Below are positions 12,664 through 26,881 of a stretch of 64,000 bases of DNA, in pieces. Source of the stretch: the human T2T-CHM13v2.0 reference genome, Homo sapiens; the NCBI RefSeq assembly GCF_009914755.1, contig NC_060936.1; one strand, 5' to 3'. Both the position numbers and the translations under genes were made by a program. The notes under the pieces are model-generated. The model was not told where the DNA came from. It was given only the letters and a program-made list of their open reading frames with translations, and searched no databases. The first letter of the stretch is position 1. Each line of letters starts with the position of its first letter.

Positions 12664-15274
12664 GGCCTTCTGGAGAACTTTGCCCCAGCCCTACAAAGTA
12701 TTTTCACCAAGATGGTGTTGTAATTGTGACTTCAAAAGGCCATTCCACCATTCTATTAACCCAACTGCTTCAGGATGATGGGGACATGGGAAGATCAGTG
12801 AATTCCATGAGCATGAGCCCACTGCTGCACTTCTTTAGCCGTAAAGTGAGTGCCTTGGTCAGAGGCAATGCTGTTTGGAATACCATGACAGAGGATAAGT
12901 CATTCCATGAGTCTACGGATGGTAATATCGACAGAAGTATTGTGTGCAGGACAAGTAAACCCATAACTGGAGTAAGTGTCTATTCCAGTGAGGACAAACC
13001 TCTGCCATTTCCATGATGGAAGAGGTCCAATATAATCAACCAGCCACCAGGTAGCTGGCTGATCACCCTGAGAAATGATGCTATAATCGAGGGCTCAGTG
13101 TTGGTCTCTGCTGCTGGCAAATTGGGCATTCAGCAGTGGCAGTAGCCAGGTAAGCCTTGGTGAGTGTTGTAAGTCCATGTTGCTGAGCCCATGCATAACC
13201 TCCATCCCTGCCACCATGGCCATTTTGTTCATGGACCCATTGGGCTATGACAGGAGTGGCTGGAAAGAGGCTGAGTGGTGTCCACAGAATGGGTCATCCT
13301 ATTCAGCTGATTATTAAAATCCTCCTCTGCTGAGGTCACCCATTGGTGAGCAGTCACATGGGATACAAATATCTTCACAGTTTTTGACCACTAAGAGACA
13401 TTCATCCACATCCCTCTTCCCCAAAATTCTTTGTCCCTAATTTTTCAATCATGATTCTTCCAAGTCCCTTAGTATCCAGCCAAACCATTGGCTACAGCTC
13501 ATGAATCTTTATGTAATCACACATCTAACCATTTCCCTTCCATGAAAAGCGCACAACCAGGTGCACTGCTCAAAGTTTTGCCCACTATGAAGATTTCCCT
13601 TGACCACTGTCCTTTAGGGATGTCCTAGAAAGGGGTTGTAGTGCTGCAGCTGTCCACTTTTGGGTGGTACCTGCACATCGTGCAGAACCATCTGTGAACC
13701 AGGCCTAGTCTCCTCTTCTTCTGTCAACTGGTCATAAGGAAATCCCTATGAGGCGATTGGTGCAGGCTGGGAGAGACAAGGCAGAGTGGCAGGAGTAGAG
13801 CGTTTGAGCCACTTCCTTATGTAACTTACTTGTACCTTCAGGACCTACTCGAGCCTGATCACATATATACCACTTCCATTTGATGATGGAATCCTGTGTG
13901 CATGACCCACTTTATGGCTAGATGGTTCAGAAAGCACCCAGTTCATGATAGGCAGTTCAGGTCACATGGTGACTTGATGACCCATAATCAAATGTTCAGT
14001 TTCCACCAAAACCCAGTAACAGGCCAAGAGCTGCCTCTCAAAAAGAGAGAAGTTATCTGCAGAAGATGGCATGGCTTTGCTCCAAAACCCTAGAGGCCTC
14101 CACTGTGATTCACCTATGGGGGCCTTCCAAAGGCTCCAAATGGCATTCCTCTCTGCCACTGACATCTCACTCACTATTGGATCTGGGTCATATGACCTAA
14201 GTGGCAGAGCAGCTTGCACAGCAGCCTGGACCTGTTGCAGAGCCATCTTTGCAGCCTTTTGGGTCACTCAATAAATAGGCCACAGTAACACTCCCAAATG
14301 AGGAATGTGTGTTCTCCTAAATCCAAATAGGCCCACGAGGCACTGTGCCTCTTTCCTGTTGTAGGAAGGGCCAAATGCAGCAATTTACCCTTCACCTTAG
14401 AAGGAATATCTTGACAGGTCCCACAACACTGGACCCCTAGAAATTTTACTGAGTTAGCATGTCCCTGTATTTTAGTTGAATTTATTTCCCATCCTCTGGC
14501 ACACAAACGTCTCACCAATAAGTCCAGTGTGTTTGCACTCCTTGATCACTGGATCCAATCAGCATCATGACGTTAATGTAATGAACCAGTGGGACATCTT
14601 GCAAAAGCAAAAAGCAATCAAAGTCTCTCCAAATAAGACTGTAACAGAAAGCCAGAGAGTTGATATACCCATGAGGTAGGACAATAAAGGTATATTACTG
14701 GCCTTACAGGTGAAGGCAAATTGCTCTGGTAGGCCTTATGAACAGGAAAGGAGAAAAAGGCATTTGCCAAGTCAATGGCTGTATACCAGGTACCAGGAGA
14801 TGTGTTAATTTGCTCAAGCAATAAAACCATATCTGGTACAGCAGCTGCAATTGGAGTCACCACTTAGTTAAGCTTACAGTAATCCACTGTCATTCTCCAA
14901 AGTTCATCCATCTTCTGCACAGGCCAAATGGGAGAGCTGAATAGGGATGTAGTGGGAATCACCATTCCTGTGCCTTTCAAGTTCTTGATGGTGGCACTAA
15001 TCTCTGCAATCCCTCCAGGGATGTGATATCTTTTTTTATTTACTATTTTTTGAGGTAGAGGCAGCTCTAATGTCTTCCATTTGGCCTTTCCCAACATAAT
15101 AGCCATCACCCTACCAGTCAGGGAGCCAGTGTGGTGGTTCTGCCAGCTGCTAAGCATATTTATGCCAATTTTGCATTCTGGCACTAGGGAAATGACCACA
15201 GGATGGGTCTGGGGACCCACTGGACCCACTGTAAGTTGGACCTGAGCTAAAGCTCCATTAATTACCTGACCTCC
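12664..15274 (-). pseudogene. HERV-L pol remnant (protease C-terminus, RT, RNase H, integrase), frameshifted
   Basis: ORF-track pieces [57 protein letters not shown]; RT YIDD motif reads YINV at 14569-14580. Confidence 0.9.
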
Positions 15275-17565
15275 TGAATTAGTCTGTTTTCACATTGCTG
15301 ATAAAGACATAGCCAAGACTGAGTAATTTATACAGGAAAAAAAGGTTTAATGGACTTACAATTCTACATGACTGGGGAAGCCTCACAATCATGGCAGAAG
15401 GCAAGGTGGAGCAAGTCATGTCTTGCATGCATGGCAGCAAGCAAAGAGAGAGCTTGTATAGGGAAACTACTGCTTAGAGAACCATCAGATCTCCTGAGAC
15501 GTGTTCACTATCACAAGAACAGCAAGGGAAAGACCTGTTCCCATGATTCAATATCTTCCCACCAGGTACCTTCCACAACACATGGGAATTCAAGATGATA
15601 TTTGGGTGGGAACACAGTCAAACCATATCATTCCACCCTTGGCCACTCCCAAATCTCATGTCCTCACGTTTCAAAACCAATCATGCCTTCCAAACAGTCC
15701 CACAAAGTATTAACTCATTTCAGCATTAACTCAAAAGCCCACCGTCCCATATCTCATTCAAGACAAGACAAATCCCCTCTGCCTATGAGCCTGTAAAATC
15801 AAAAGCAAGTTAATTACTTCCTAGATACAGTGGGGGTACACGCATTGGGTAAATCCAACCATTTCAAATGGGAGAAATTGGCCAAAACAAAGAGGCAACA
15901 GGCCCCATGCAAGTCTGAAATCCAGCTGGGAAGTCAAATCTTAGAGCTCCAAAATGATCTCCTTTAACTCCATGTCTCACATCCAGGTCATGCTAATGCA
16001 AGAGGTGGGTTCCTACGGTCTTGGTAGCTCCATCCCTGTGGCTTTGCAGGGTACAGCCTCCCTCCCAGCTGCTTTCACAGGCTGGTGTTTAGCGTCTGCA
16101 GCTTTTCCAGTTGCGGTGTGCAAGCTGTCAGTGGATCTGCCATTCTAGGGTCTGGAGGACAGTGGCCCTCTTCTCATAGCTTCATTAGGCAGTGCACCAG
16201 TAGGAAGTCCATGTGGGGACTCTGACCCCACATTTCCCTTCCACACTGCCCTAACAGAGGTTCTCCATGAGAGCCCCACCCCTGCAGCAAGCTTCTGTGT
16301 GGCCATCCAAGTATTTCCATACATCCTCTGAAATCTAGGTTCAGGTTTCCAACCCTCAATTCTTGACTGTTTGCACTGGCAGACTCAACACCACATGGAA
16401 GCTGCCAACCCTTGAGGTTTGCACCCTCTGAAGCCATGGCCCAAGCTCTTCACTGGCCCCTTTCAGCCATGGCTAAAGCAGATGGGATGCAGAGCACCAA
16501 ATCCCTAGCCTGCACACAGCATGAAGACCCTGGGTCTGGCCCATGAAACCACTTTTTTCTCCTAGGCCTTTGGGCCTGTGATGAGAGGGGCTTCTGTGAA
16601 GACCTCTGGCATGCCCTGGAGACATTTTCCCCATTGTCTTGGTGAGGAACATTCGGCTCCTCATTATTTATGCAAATTTCTGCAGCTGGCTTGAATTTCT
16701 CCTCAGAAAACGGGATTTTATTTTCTATCACATTGTCAGGCTGTAAACTTTTCAAACTTTTATGCTCTGCTTTCCGTATAAAACTGAATGCCATTAATAG
16801 CATCCAAGTCACCTCTTGAATGCTTTGCTACTTAGAAATTTCTTCTGCCAGACACCCTAAATAACCTCTCTCAAGTTCAAAATTCCACAAGTCTCCAGGA
16901 GTGTGGCAAAATGCTGCCAGTCTCTTTGCTAAAACATAGCAAGAGTCACCTTTACTCCAGTTCCCAACAAGTTCCTCATTTTCATCTGAGACCGTCTCAG
17001 CCTGGACTTAATTGTCCATATTGCTATCAGCATTTTGGGCAAAGCCATTTAACAAGTCTCTAGGAAGTTCCAAAGGTTCCCACATTTTCCTGTCTCCTTC
17101 TCCTTCCTCCAAACTGTCCCAATCTCTACTTGTTACCCAGTTCCAAAGTCACTTCCACATTTTCAGGTATCTTTTCAGCAACACCCCACTCTACTGGTAC
17201 CAATTTACTATATTAGTCCATTTGCACACTGCTGATAAAGACATACCCAAGCCTGGGTAACTTATACAGGAAAAAGAGTTTTATGGACCCTTACAGTTAC
17301 ACGTGACAGGGGAAGCTTCACAATCATGGCAGAAAGCAAGGAGGAGTAAGTCAAGTCTTACATGAATGTCAGCAGGCAAAGAGAGATCTTGCGCAGGGAA
17401 ACTCCCGCTTATAAAACCATCAGATTTCTTGAGACTTATTTACTATCATGAGAATAGCATGGGAAAGACCTGCCCCCATGATTCAATTACCTCCAACCAG
17501 GTCTCTCCTACAACATATGGGAATTCAAGATGACATTTGGATGAGGACACAGTCAAACCATACCA
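15275..17565 (-). mobile_element. Complete THE1 (THE1A-like) MaLR: LTR, internal region, LTR
   Basis: LTRs at 15275-15630 and 17209-17565 around about 1.58 kb of THE1-int; TSD cctcc/actcc (15270-15274, 17566-17570); the HERV-L sequence rejoins as GAYGGQVING across it. Confidence 0.95.
17479..17489 (-). promoter_or_regulatory. DUX4-type motif TAATTGAATCA in the THE1 5' LTR
   Basis: Plus strand TGATTCAATTA matches the DUX4 double-homeodomain consensus; the 3' LTR copy (15544-15554, TGATTCAATAT) is disrupted; binding not shown. Confidence 0.6.
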
Positions 17566-17570
17566 ACTCC

Positions 17571-19455
17571 ATAAGCCCCTAGTTTAGCTGGAAGAACACA
17601 ATGACATTTTGGATCCCCTGGAATTAACATCAGCTCAGGGCTAGTATCCAGTAGTCCCCAAAATGTCTGATTATTTCCCTTTCCCCAGTGGACAGTTACC
17701 CTAGTAAAAGGGCACAGCTCTCTTTGGGGAAGGGTGGGACAAAGATTAGCAGCATAAATTGTAGGTAGTGTAGTGGGGTTCTTCCTCAAAGGACACGGCT
17801 TCCTCTGTTTTTATAATTCAAATTAGTCTTTTGTCCATTTGACCTGGAAATTTTCTGCTTATATATATTAAGTTGTAATGCAGTAGGCTTCCTATCAATT
17901 TCAATTCTAGGAACACTGTGATTAATTAGCCAATGCCAGAGCTCTACACCAGTCAGACTATGCTGGTGCCACTTTGCCTCTGCTGTCCATTATGGTAGCT
18001 ATGTCCACCTTGCCTTTGACAGTGGAGTGCCGCAACTTGGCCCCTGACATCTCAGGATCCAATTATTCCCATTGTACTTAAATTTTGTAGTTGATTGACT
18101 GTGGTTCCCACTGTTAGATCTGATATACAGATAAGAGCTATTACAAGGCTCTTCAAAGATGCAGGTGCTACCCTCTATTTTGCAAGGCATTGGTCAAGGT
18201 TATATCTTCTGGACCCTCCCAGCTGGGATAAGTAAGTCTAAAGTGACTAATCCACTTCACCATCCCAATCTCCCTAAGCCTTTGGCTCCCTTCCTCTACG
18301 TTAAACCAAGGGAGATTAGGCAATTTCCAGTTTGCTCACAGTGGGCCATCTTTTTATCCATATTTCAGCTAACCAAGCAAATAAACTATTAGAAACTTTT
18401 TTTAATTCCCCAAGCTGCAACATTAAATGCAGAGTCCCTGCTTAGTGGGCCCAAATCAATAAATTCAGCCTGATCTATGTTCCTTCCACCATTATCCCAC
18501 ACCCTTAATATATATCCACATGCCTGTTCTCCAAATTTCTGCTTATATAAATTAGAAAACTCATGGAGCTCTTTTTAAGTGTACTGTACCACCTCATGGG
18601 TCACACTCTCAACTTCACCTCTAAAGGCCTGCTGGGACTTTAGTCCGGTTATAGGTCTAGAAGCAAACAGGTGTGTTGGGGGTGGTTCCTGAGGAGAATC
18701 AACATTATCTTGCCTGGCAACTGCCTCAGGAGAGGCCATAACTGTTGCCTCAGTCAGTGCACGGTTTATCTCCTCAGACAAAGGTGGAAAGGCTGATGGC
18801 AGCATGGGTCGAGGAGGGGGTGTTGCCACTACTGGGGATGGGGCAGCTGTTTTTCTGGCAAAAGACATTCATTAGAATTTACAAACTCAGTGTCTCCAGC
18901 TTCATCAGGGTCCTCCCACACATCCCCATTCCAAGTTGCAGGGTCCTATTCTTTTCCAATCAATGCCCTCACTTTAACAGTAGACACCTGACGAGGCTGT
19001 GCATGCACCTTTTGTTGCAGGTCAGCCACTCGCATGATAAGAGCATGTGTCTGTTTTCCCACAATTTCAGCTCTTTCTCTACAGGAGATGAGACTCTCAC
19101 TCAGGGCAGTCTTAATAGATTTGAGGCTCAGTATTTGCTTCTAAGGTCAGGAGTTAGAATCCCTGAGTTCATCGTTTCCTTTCATCACTTTGTCCACTGA
19201 ACTCAGGAGCAACCAACCGGCTTCATTATAGTCCTTGGTTCTCCACATATGATCAAAGGTATTACATATAGAGTCCCTAAACTCCTTGCCTCTCATGAGC
19301 AGTGAATCAGGAGTGTTAAATGCATTTATATTGCATAACTCTCTAAACAGTTAATGCCAAGAACTATCAGTGTTCTCCATAATATTAGAAGTAGAGTCCT
19401 TAGCATTTTTGGGGTCTAATCATATTTAGCAGCCAACTCCAGAAAACCCAAAACC
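17571..19455 (-). pseudogene. HERV-L gag and protease N-terminal remnant
   Basis: FWSWLLNMIRP... at the gag start; proline-rich SPVVATPPPRPMLPSAFPPL; protease site LLDTSPEL (DTG-like). Confidence 0.85.
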
Positions 19456-19494
19456 AACAAAGGAACTCTATCCTTAATATTCTATTCCTCTAGA

Positions 19495-19510
19495 ACCACT
19501 CCTGGTACCA
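19495..19510 (-). promoter_or_regulatory. Primer-binding site (tRNA-Leu) of HERV-L
   Basis: Minus strand TGGTACCAGGAGTGGT just 3' of the 5' LTR, complementary to the tRNA-Leu 3' end ...CACTCCTGGTACCA. Confidence 0.85.
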
Positions 19511-19515
19511 AAATC

Positions 19516-19960
19516 TGTATTAGTCAGGGTTCTCCAGAGAAATAGAACTAATAGGATAGATACATATACAAAGGGGAATTTATTCAGTATTAACTCACAC
19601 AATCATATGTTCTCACAATAGGTCATCTGCAAGCTGAGGAGCAAAGAGAGCTAGTCTGAGTCCCAAAACTGAAGAACTTGGATTATGATGTTCGAGGGCA
19701 GAATGCATCCAGCACAGTAAAAGATGTAGGCTGGGAGGCTAAGCCTATCTAATCTTTTCACATTTTTCTGCCTGCTTTATATTCTAGTCATTCTAGCAGC
19801 TGATTAGATGGTGCCCACCCAGATTAAGGGTAGACTTGTCTTTCCCAGCCCACTGAATCAAACGTTAATCTCCTTTGGCAATACCCTCACAGACACACCC
19901 AGGATCAATACTTTGCATCCTTCAATCCAATCAAGTTGACACTCAGTATTAGCTATCACA
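19516..19960 (-). mobile_element. MLT2A 5' LTR of HERV-L
   Basis: tgtattagtcagggttctcc...agtattagctatcaca, followed by TSD gttac. Confidence 0.93.
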
Positions 19961-19965
19961 GTTAC

Positions 19966-20465
19966 CATATAAAATATATTGCCTTTTATCTAGCCACCAG
20001 CTCATAAGTGAATATCATATATTACTTTTTAGTTTTTATGGAAGATCTCTACTTCCTTGTTCAAATTCCTGTGTATGTGAAAATCGACTAATTTTTACAT
20101 GAGGCCCTAATCAGAGTAATTTAAAGCAAAGGCTTATTTTTCACTCATGCTGCACATTCATCTTGGGTCAGCCGGCAGTTTTTCTGTACTTTAACCTCTT
20201 TTAGGGTTGTAGGCTGCTAGAGATTCCACTTCCTGAAATATTGTGGTTTGCCACTACAGGAAGAAAAGAACATGACAAATTATGTTTTGTTCCTCAAAGA
20301 CTTCCGCTCAAAGGTGATACATGCCATTTCTGCTCACACTTTGTTTGCCAAAGAAAGTGACACGGCCATGCCTATCTTCAAAAAAGCTGAAAGATGCAAT
20401 TCTTCCTTGTATCCAGAAAAAGGAGAACCAGAAATACTGATAAATAGCACTAGATGTCATCATAG
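19966..20465 (-). mobile_element. Ancient MaLR (MLT1-type LTR plus adjacent internal remnant)
   Basis: tttctgctcacactttgtttgccaaagaaagtgacacggccatgcct is MLT1-like; a degenerate int/LTR junction lies near 20050-20075; similar internal-like sequence at about 10900-11194. Confidence 0.5.
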
Positions 20466-20695
20466 TAGCCTAATCTAATTTTAGAACAATAAGAAAATCC
20501 CCACAAATCATATTAAATATTAAATCACATTAAAACTTAATATTAAAACTTAATAACATTCATTTAATATTGCCTAATTTCCTTCCATTTATCATATATA
20601 TCTACCTCTTTTAAGATCTTATTGTCAAAGAGCAGTTACTCATTTTTAAAGTATTTCAAAGATCTTGCAGATTAGACTTTCCTAACAACACTGTG

Positions 20696-20766
20696 GACCA
20701 GCTGCAGTGGCTCATGCCTTTAATCCCAGCACTTAGGGAGGCAAAGGTGGGAGGATCACTTGAGCC
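20696..20766 (+). mobile_element. Alu/FLAM left-monomer fragment
   Basis: gtggctcatgcctttaatcccagcacttagggaggcaaaggtgggaggatcacttgagcc. Confidence 0.85.
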
Positions 20767-21584
20767 TCTAGAGAGGCTCCAATATTATTAAATTTTTTAA
20801 AATTGCAAGCTTCTTTCCTTATCTCCATCTTTTTCCTCTAAGAAAGATAAAGGTAAACAAAACAATATTACCTAGGATAACTTTGTCTTGATATATAAAT
20901 ATAGAGGCCGAGTACAATTAACATAACAAAGCTAAACTTCTTTTCATCAATTTCCCTAAATATCAAAGTATCTCCAACCCTTGACAATCTGAAAACACAT
21001 TTCAAGGAGTTTTTCTTTTTTTTTTCCCCATTCATTAAAAAGAATGTATCAAACAGAAATAGGGTTCCAGGATGTTTTAAGAATAACAGGGGATAAAAGC
21101 AGACAGCATGAAAAAAACTGGGGTGAACTAGGTAATCTATCAGACATATAATAAAATGCCTATTCTAGAGAGTTGCTTCTGGGTTTCCAAAAGAATCAGA
21201 AAATAGGAATTGTTCTCTGCTGGTTTTAAGAAAGAAAGAAGCAGAAGTCAAAGACTAACACTTAAAAAAAACCCAAAGGTTTTGAGCAAACAGAGCCCCA
21301 TTTTAAATAATAGCAATGTAAATAAAGCACTGTGTTTTTAAGCCTAAGATACATTGCTTTAATAGTCATGCTCAATTTAAAACTTGCAGCTGTTCAATCC
21401 ATGATAACTTACTTTAATAATGCTGGTTGTTCCAAAATAAGAAAATTGTATCAAACTGCTTCAATTAATTCACATGGAAATGAAAATTGGAAGTAAACAT
21501 TTAAACATATTCCCAATTATTATAATTCTTTATTCACCCAGGACACCATTCTGAAAATTTAAAGGAACCTTAACAATGTATGTT

Positions 21585-21740
21585 CCTCAACTATAACAAT
21601 TAAACCGCACTGGTGGGAGATTTTGATGGTAGGGGAGATTTTTGCCTGTGTGTGGGCAAGAACAGATGGGGAATTTCTGTACCTCCTCTTCATTATTACT
21701 GTGAACCTAAAATTGCTCAAAAAATATATTTTTTAAAAAA
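21585..21740 (+). mobile_element. L1MC 3'-end fragment
   Basis: cactggtgggagattttgatggtagggg...ctgtgaacctaaaattgctc; homologous to 63480-63610. Confidence 0.7.
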
Positions 21741-22983
21741 GAACACTAAATACCTATTATCTGATGTTCTTTTTTCTTTGTGGTATGTGACATATATTAC
21801 AATCCATGCCAAGGCATATTGTTTCCTTCCCTGAAGAATAGGCATGTTTCAATAGAAAAAGAAGTTCCTCTTCCCTAAAAGTTATCTGTCCTCTTGTACT
21901 CGGGATAATGGCCTCTTCCAATTTGTACGGATTATCCATCTATTCATTTATGTATCCATCCATTCACGTAATTTACAAAATTGAATTGACATCCTACAAT
22001 GTACTCAGCAGTGTGCTAAATATGCATTGAGGATATGGTAATCCTAAGGAACACGTTTGAGGAGATAGGAGAAATTTGACATATAGTGTAACACACAGGG
22101 CAATCAGCCCCTGGCTTCCATTCCAGCTCCCATTCTCAAACTGGAACAGATTAAAGCTTTCATTTTCTGGGAGGAAGGGAATACAATAGAAGGGGGTTGT
22201 AAACAGGCAAGAAAACCGCAGACAGTGGAAAATATTTTTGTGTTATTAGTATTTACTAGTCCCAGTAGGTGAAGGGCAAACTAACTAGGAGCAGCCTTGG
22301 AATTACAAGTGCTGTCCTAGAAGTCACAGCCAGTTTTAGGTCCTAGAATCATTTTCAAACATATTTACACCAGGGTGAAGAGCCACTACTAGACGGTGAC
22401 AAACTGCAGCAAGAACAAGATGGATTGGGACCTTGCAGACAGACCCCTAGAATTCAGTATCAGTAGCTGAAGACTCAGACTGCATCTCACTAGTTTTGCA
22501 ATAAAGTAACCCCACATATTAGGTTATTTAATTGTTGGAATCTATTTATAACATTACGGTGGAGAAATTTACCAGAGAGTTCCTTTTTTTTTTCCATTGT
22601 GAAACAATGCAAAGAAGGAAAAGTACTCTTGTTCGTGGCAAGGAATTGAGGAATTTTCTGCTTTGTGAATTTCATTTTCTCTGTGAATTAGGAAGACAGT
22701 TCATCTTACAAGAATGGGGAGGCAAATACATTAATAGATACTCAAATCATTAAGACTTTAAATCAATGCAAAGTAAAGCAAAAGCATTCCATTCTCCTCC
22801 TTACCACTCCCGAACAGATACTGTCTTTCTCTTCTGCTGTTATGACTCTAATTGTCTTTACTTTCTGAATTGTCCATGATTTTATTTCTATTTAGCATGT
22901 TTTCTTTGTTTTAACTAAGCCTGTCATATATGGTTTCTGTGTCTCTCTGTTCTAAATTTTAATGTCTTAGAAATGGGAATCTG

Positions 22984-23333
<350 letters not shown>

Positions 23334-23850
23334 TCAATTGGAGCCACGTAAAACATGCAGCTGTGGCCAGAAGTCAGCATCCTATGGTCCAAATGGCCAT
23401 TCCTGAGTACAGAGACTATTCCTGGAAATGAGGAAATTGCTATAAGTCAAATAGCCAGACAGTGCGTATCTATGGCACGCTCAGCTTTCCCTATGGCCTC
23501 TGTGCTCCTTGTACTCTTCCTTTTCCGGTAGTTCTTTCTGTTCTAGTTAGGCTTCTCTTCCTCCTAAACGCTGGTGTTTTTTGGGATTCTCTTCAAGGTC
23601 CTCTTCTCTTCTCTCTTGGACCCTCTCATGAATGATTTCATCTTTTCCCAAGAAAACAATTAACAGTTACCTGGTGATGACTCCTAAATCTGTACTCCTT
23701 ATACAGATCTGACTCCTAAATTACAAGCTTGTAAAATATCACAGATAAAAGAGCTGAGAGATGAAGAGAAAAAAATTTTGGAATCAGAAGTGTCAAAATC
23801 ATGGGTTTAGCTGGCCTGAAACTAATCTACTCTATGATGTTTTTAAATAA

Positions 23851-24414
<564 letters not shown>

Positions 24415-24960
24415 TCTTTTTGCTTAAGCCAGATTGAGCTGGTGACTTGCAACCAAAAGCATATTTGACAGATTAAGAGATTTTTTTAAGGGGGATTCTT
24501 CCTCAGTGTTTTCTTTTGCCATTTGTTCACACTTCCTTTCTTGGTTTATCTCTCTCCTTTTCACCCAAAGTCAGTCTAATGTCAATTTCACAAAATATTT
24601 TCATAAACATTCTCATCATTCTCACCATCCCCACTGCCATCCTCATTTCCCAAACCAGCACACACACACACACTGCAAAATAAACTCGAAGTGTCAGTAA
24701 TCATTTTATTCTTAATAACCTGTTAACTTTAGAGTGTGTAGTTATTAGAATTAATCCAAATTCAGGCCTCTGTTGTCACTAGAGAAAGAGATAAGGTTTT
24801 AATATGACCTGTAGTAAAATAAGAACTCAAGAAATCTGAGATCTAGTCCTGCCTATTTTGACAAGAAAACTAGCTGGGAAAACACATGTACAAAAAAAAT
24901 TTCTGAATTTATATTTCTTCTTAATAAAAACTATATAATCTTTTACTAGTAGTGTTATTA

Positions 24961-25265
24961 TTTTATTATTATTATTATTTTTTAGATGGAGTTTCGCTCT
25001 TTCACCCAGGCTGGAGTGAAGTGGTGCAATATTGGCTCACTACAACCTCCACCTCTGGGGTTCAAGTGATTCTCCTGCCTCAGTCTCCTGAGCAGCTGGG
25101 ATTACAGGCGCACACCACCACACCCAGATAATTGCTTGTATTTTTACTAGTGACAGGGTTTAGCCATGTTGCCCAGGCTGGTCTCCAACTCCTCAGTTCA
25201 GGCAATCCACCCACCTCGGCCTCCCAAAGTGCTAGGATTACAGGCGTGAGCCACTGTGCCTGGCT
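24961..25265 (-). mobile_element. AluS
   Basis: Antisense dimeric Alu with a (TTA)n tail. Confidence 0.93.
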
Positions 25266-25290
25266 AATTTTTAAAAATTAAAAAAAAAAA

Positions 25291-25442
25291 TTTTTTTTTG
25301 AGACAAAGTCTCACTCTATCACCCATGTTGGAGCACAGAGCATGCTTATGGTGCACTGCAGCCTCGCTCGACCTCCTGGGCTCAAGTCATCCTCCCACCT
25401 TTGCCTCCCTAAGTGCTGGGATTAAAGGCATGAGCCACTGCG
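25291..25442 (-). mobile_element. Alu monomer-length element (FRAM or internally deleted AluJ)
   Basis: tttgagacaaagtctcactct...ctcctgggctcaagtcatcctcccacc...gtgctgggattaaaggcatgagccac. Confidence 0.8.
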
Positions 25443-26271
25443 GATAGTCCACAGTGTTGTTAGAAAAGTCTAATTTGAAAGATCTATGAAATGCTTTAAA
25501 AGTGAGAAACCACTCTTTGACAATCAAATCTTACAAGAGATAGATACATATAATAAAGTGAAGGAAAATTAGGCAATATTAAATAAATGATATTTTAAAA
25601 TAAATAAACATATATATATATGCCATTTTTATCTTGGCATGTACAGGAATAACTGTATTCTTGCTCATACAGACCATAAGTTTGAAAAAATCCTTACAAA
25701 TTATTTTCATATATTTACAAAACAGCAAACTACATGGAATACATATATGTTATGGTACCTTGACATATGTACAAAGGATTTACTTTAAAGGAACCCAGCC
25801 ATTTTTTCAATATTATCCAGACATATTTGCATCTTGGGTGCATGAGTACTTATCTAACCTGAAATAAAAAGTTGGACTGCTCATAAATATACCCGTGTTT
25901 CTGCAGGTAGATTTATATTAAAGACTGAGTACAACAAGAAATATGTATACAGGTCCAGACAATGTTTTAGAATATACACAAGCAATTCCTAGAACATCCA
26001 GTAAAAATTAAATTTAATTTGAATTAAACGTAAATGATATATTTTACCTTGAATATATACATGTAGCATGTATCCCAAAAAATCCTGGATAAGATTTGCA
26101 ATCTTCATAGCAATTGTAATTAAATATTAATTTCTTTTTTGTTAATGTAAAATCTTATATAAAAAAGAGAGCTTTATGATTTGTACAGGATAATAATTCT
26201 CTTGCATCCATAAACAAATCCTTCTCAAAACCAATTTCTTTAAGTTAAAAATCTCACTCCTTTTAAAATGT

Positions 26272-26881
26272 ACAATAAGTCCTTCCTCAATGTCCTCAAT
26301 TGTTTCTTGGAAATTGTGACTTTAAGCAAAACGACATATATCGAAATCAATTTTACATAGGCTAATTGATACAAAACAGAGTTAAGTTTCTATGGCATAT
26401 TTCTGGTCACAAAAGAATCATCTAACTTCAAAATAAATACCCCAAACACTTCTAATAGTAAACACTGAAATAAAAGTAAATGCAAACATTTAAGAAAGAT
26501 TCATGAAAACAGGTAAGATAATTATTTTCTTAACTATTCCATTTCAGAGTTGAGGATGGCCACAGCGTATCCCCAAAGTTTAGGGAGCAGGCGAGGAACA
26601 ACCTCCCTGCCCCCTGCCCGATCGGATGCCATCCCATTGCAGGGTGCACTCACAGGCACACCCACAAGAACTCAGACCGGGACCACTTAGACACTCCAAT
26701 TCACTGATGTGTACATCCTAGGGTTGTGGGAGGAAACAGGGGTACCCAGAGAAAACCCACACAGATATGGGGAGAAGCTAGCAAATTCCATACAAACCTT
26801 GGCTCCAGCTGGAATAGGTTTTTTTCTCAACATTGCCACCAAACAATCTTCAATGAAACAATGTTATTTGAGAACCTGCTG
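26272..26881 (-). mobile_element. MER82 (TcMar-Tigger-type non-autonomous DNA transposon)
   Basis: Reverse complement starts CAGCAGGTTCTCAAATAAC; internal gtgggttttctctgggtacccctgtttcctcccaca matches MER82 as I recall it. Confidence 0.75.

Larger units (their letters stand above)
11200..19960 (-). mobile_element. HERV-L (ERVL) provirus, near full length, defective
   Basis: Two MLT2A LTRs; perfect 5-bp TSD GTTAC (11195-11199 and 19961-19965); tRNA-Leu PBS; gag-pro-pol-dUTPase remnants; no env. Confidence 0.95.

Noticed and set aside
20808-20858. 10-bp plus-strand micro-exon (ctctaag/aaagataaag/gtaaac)
   Set aside because: Frame-shifting length, AAG acceptor and no independent support.
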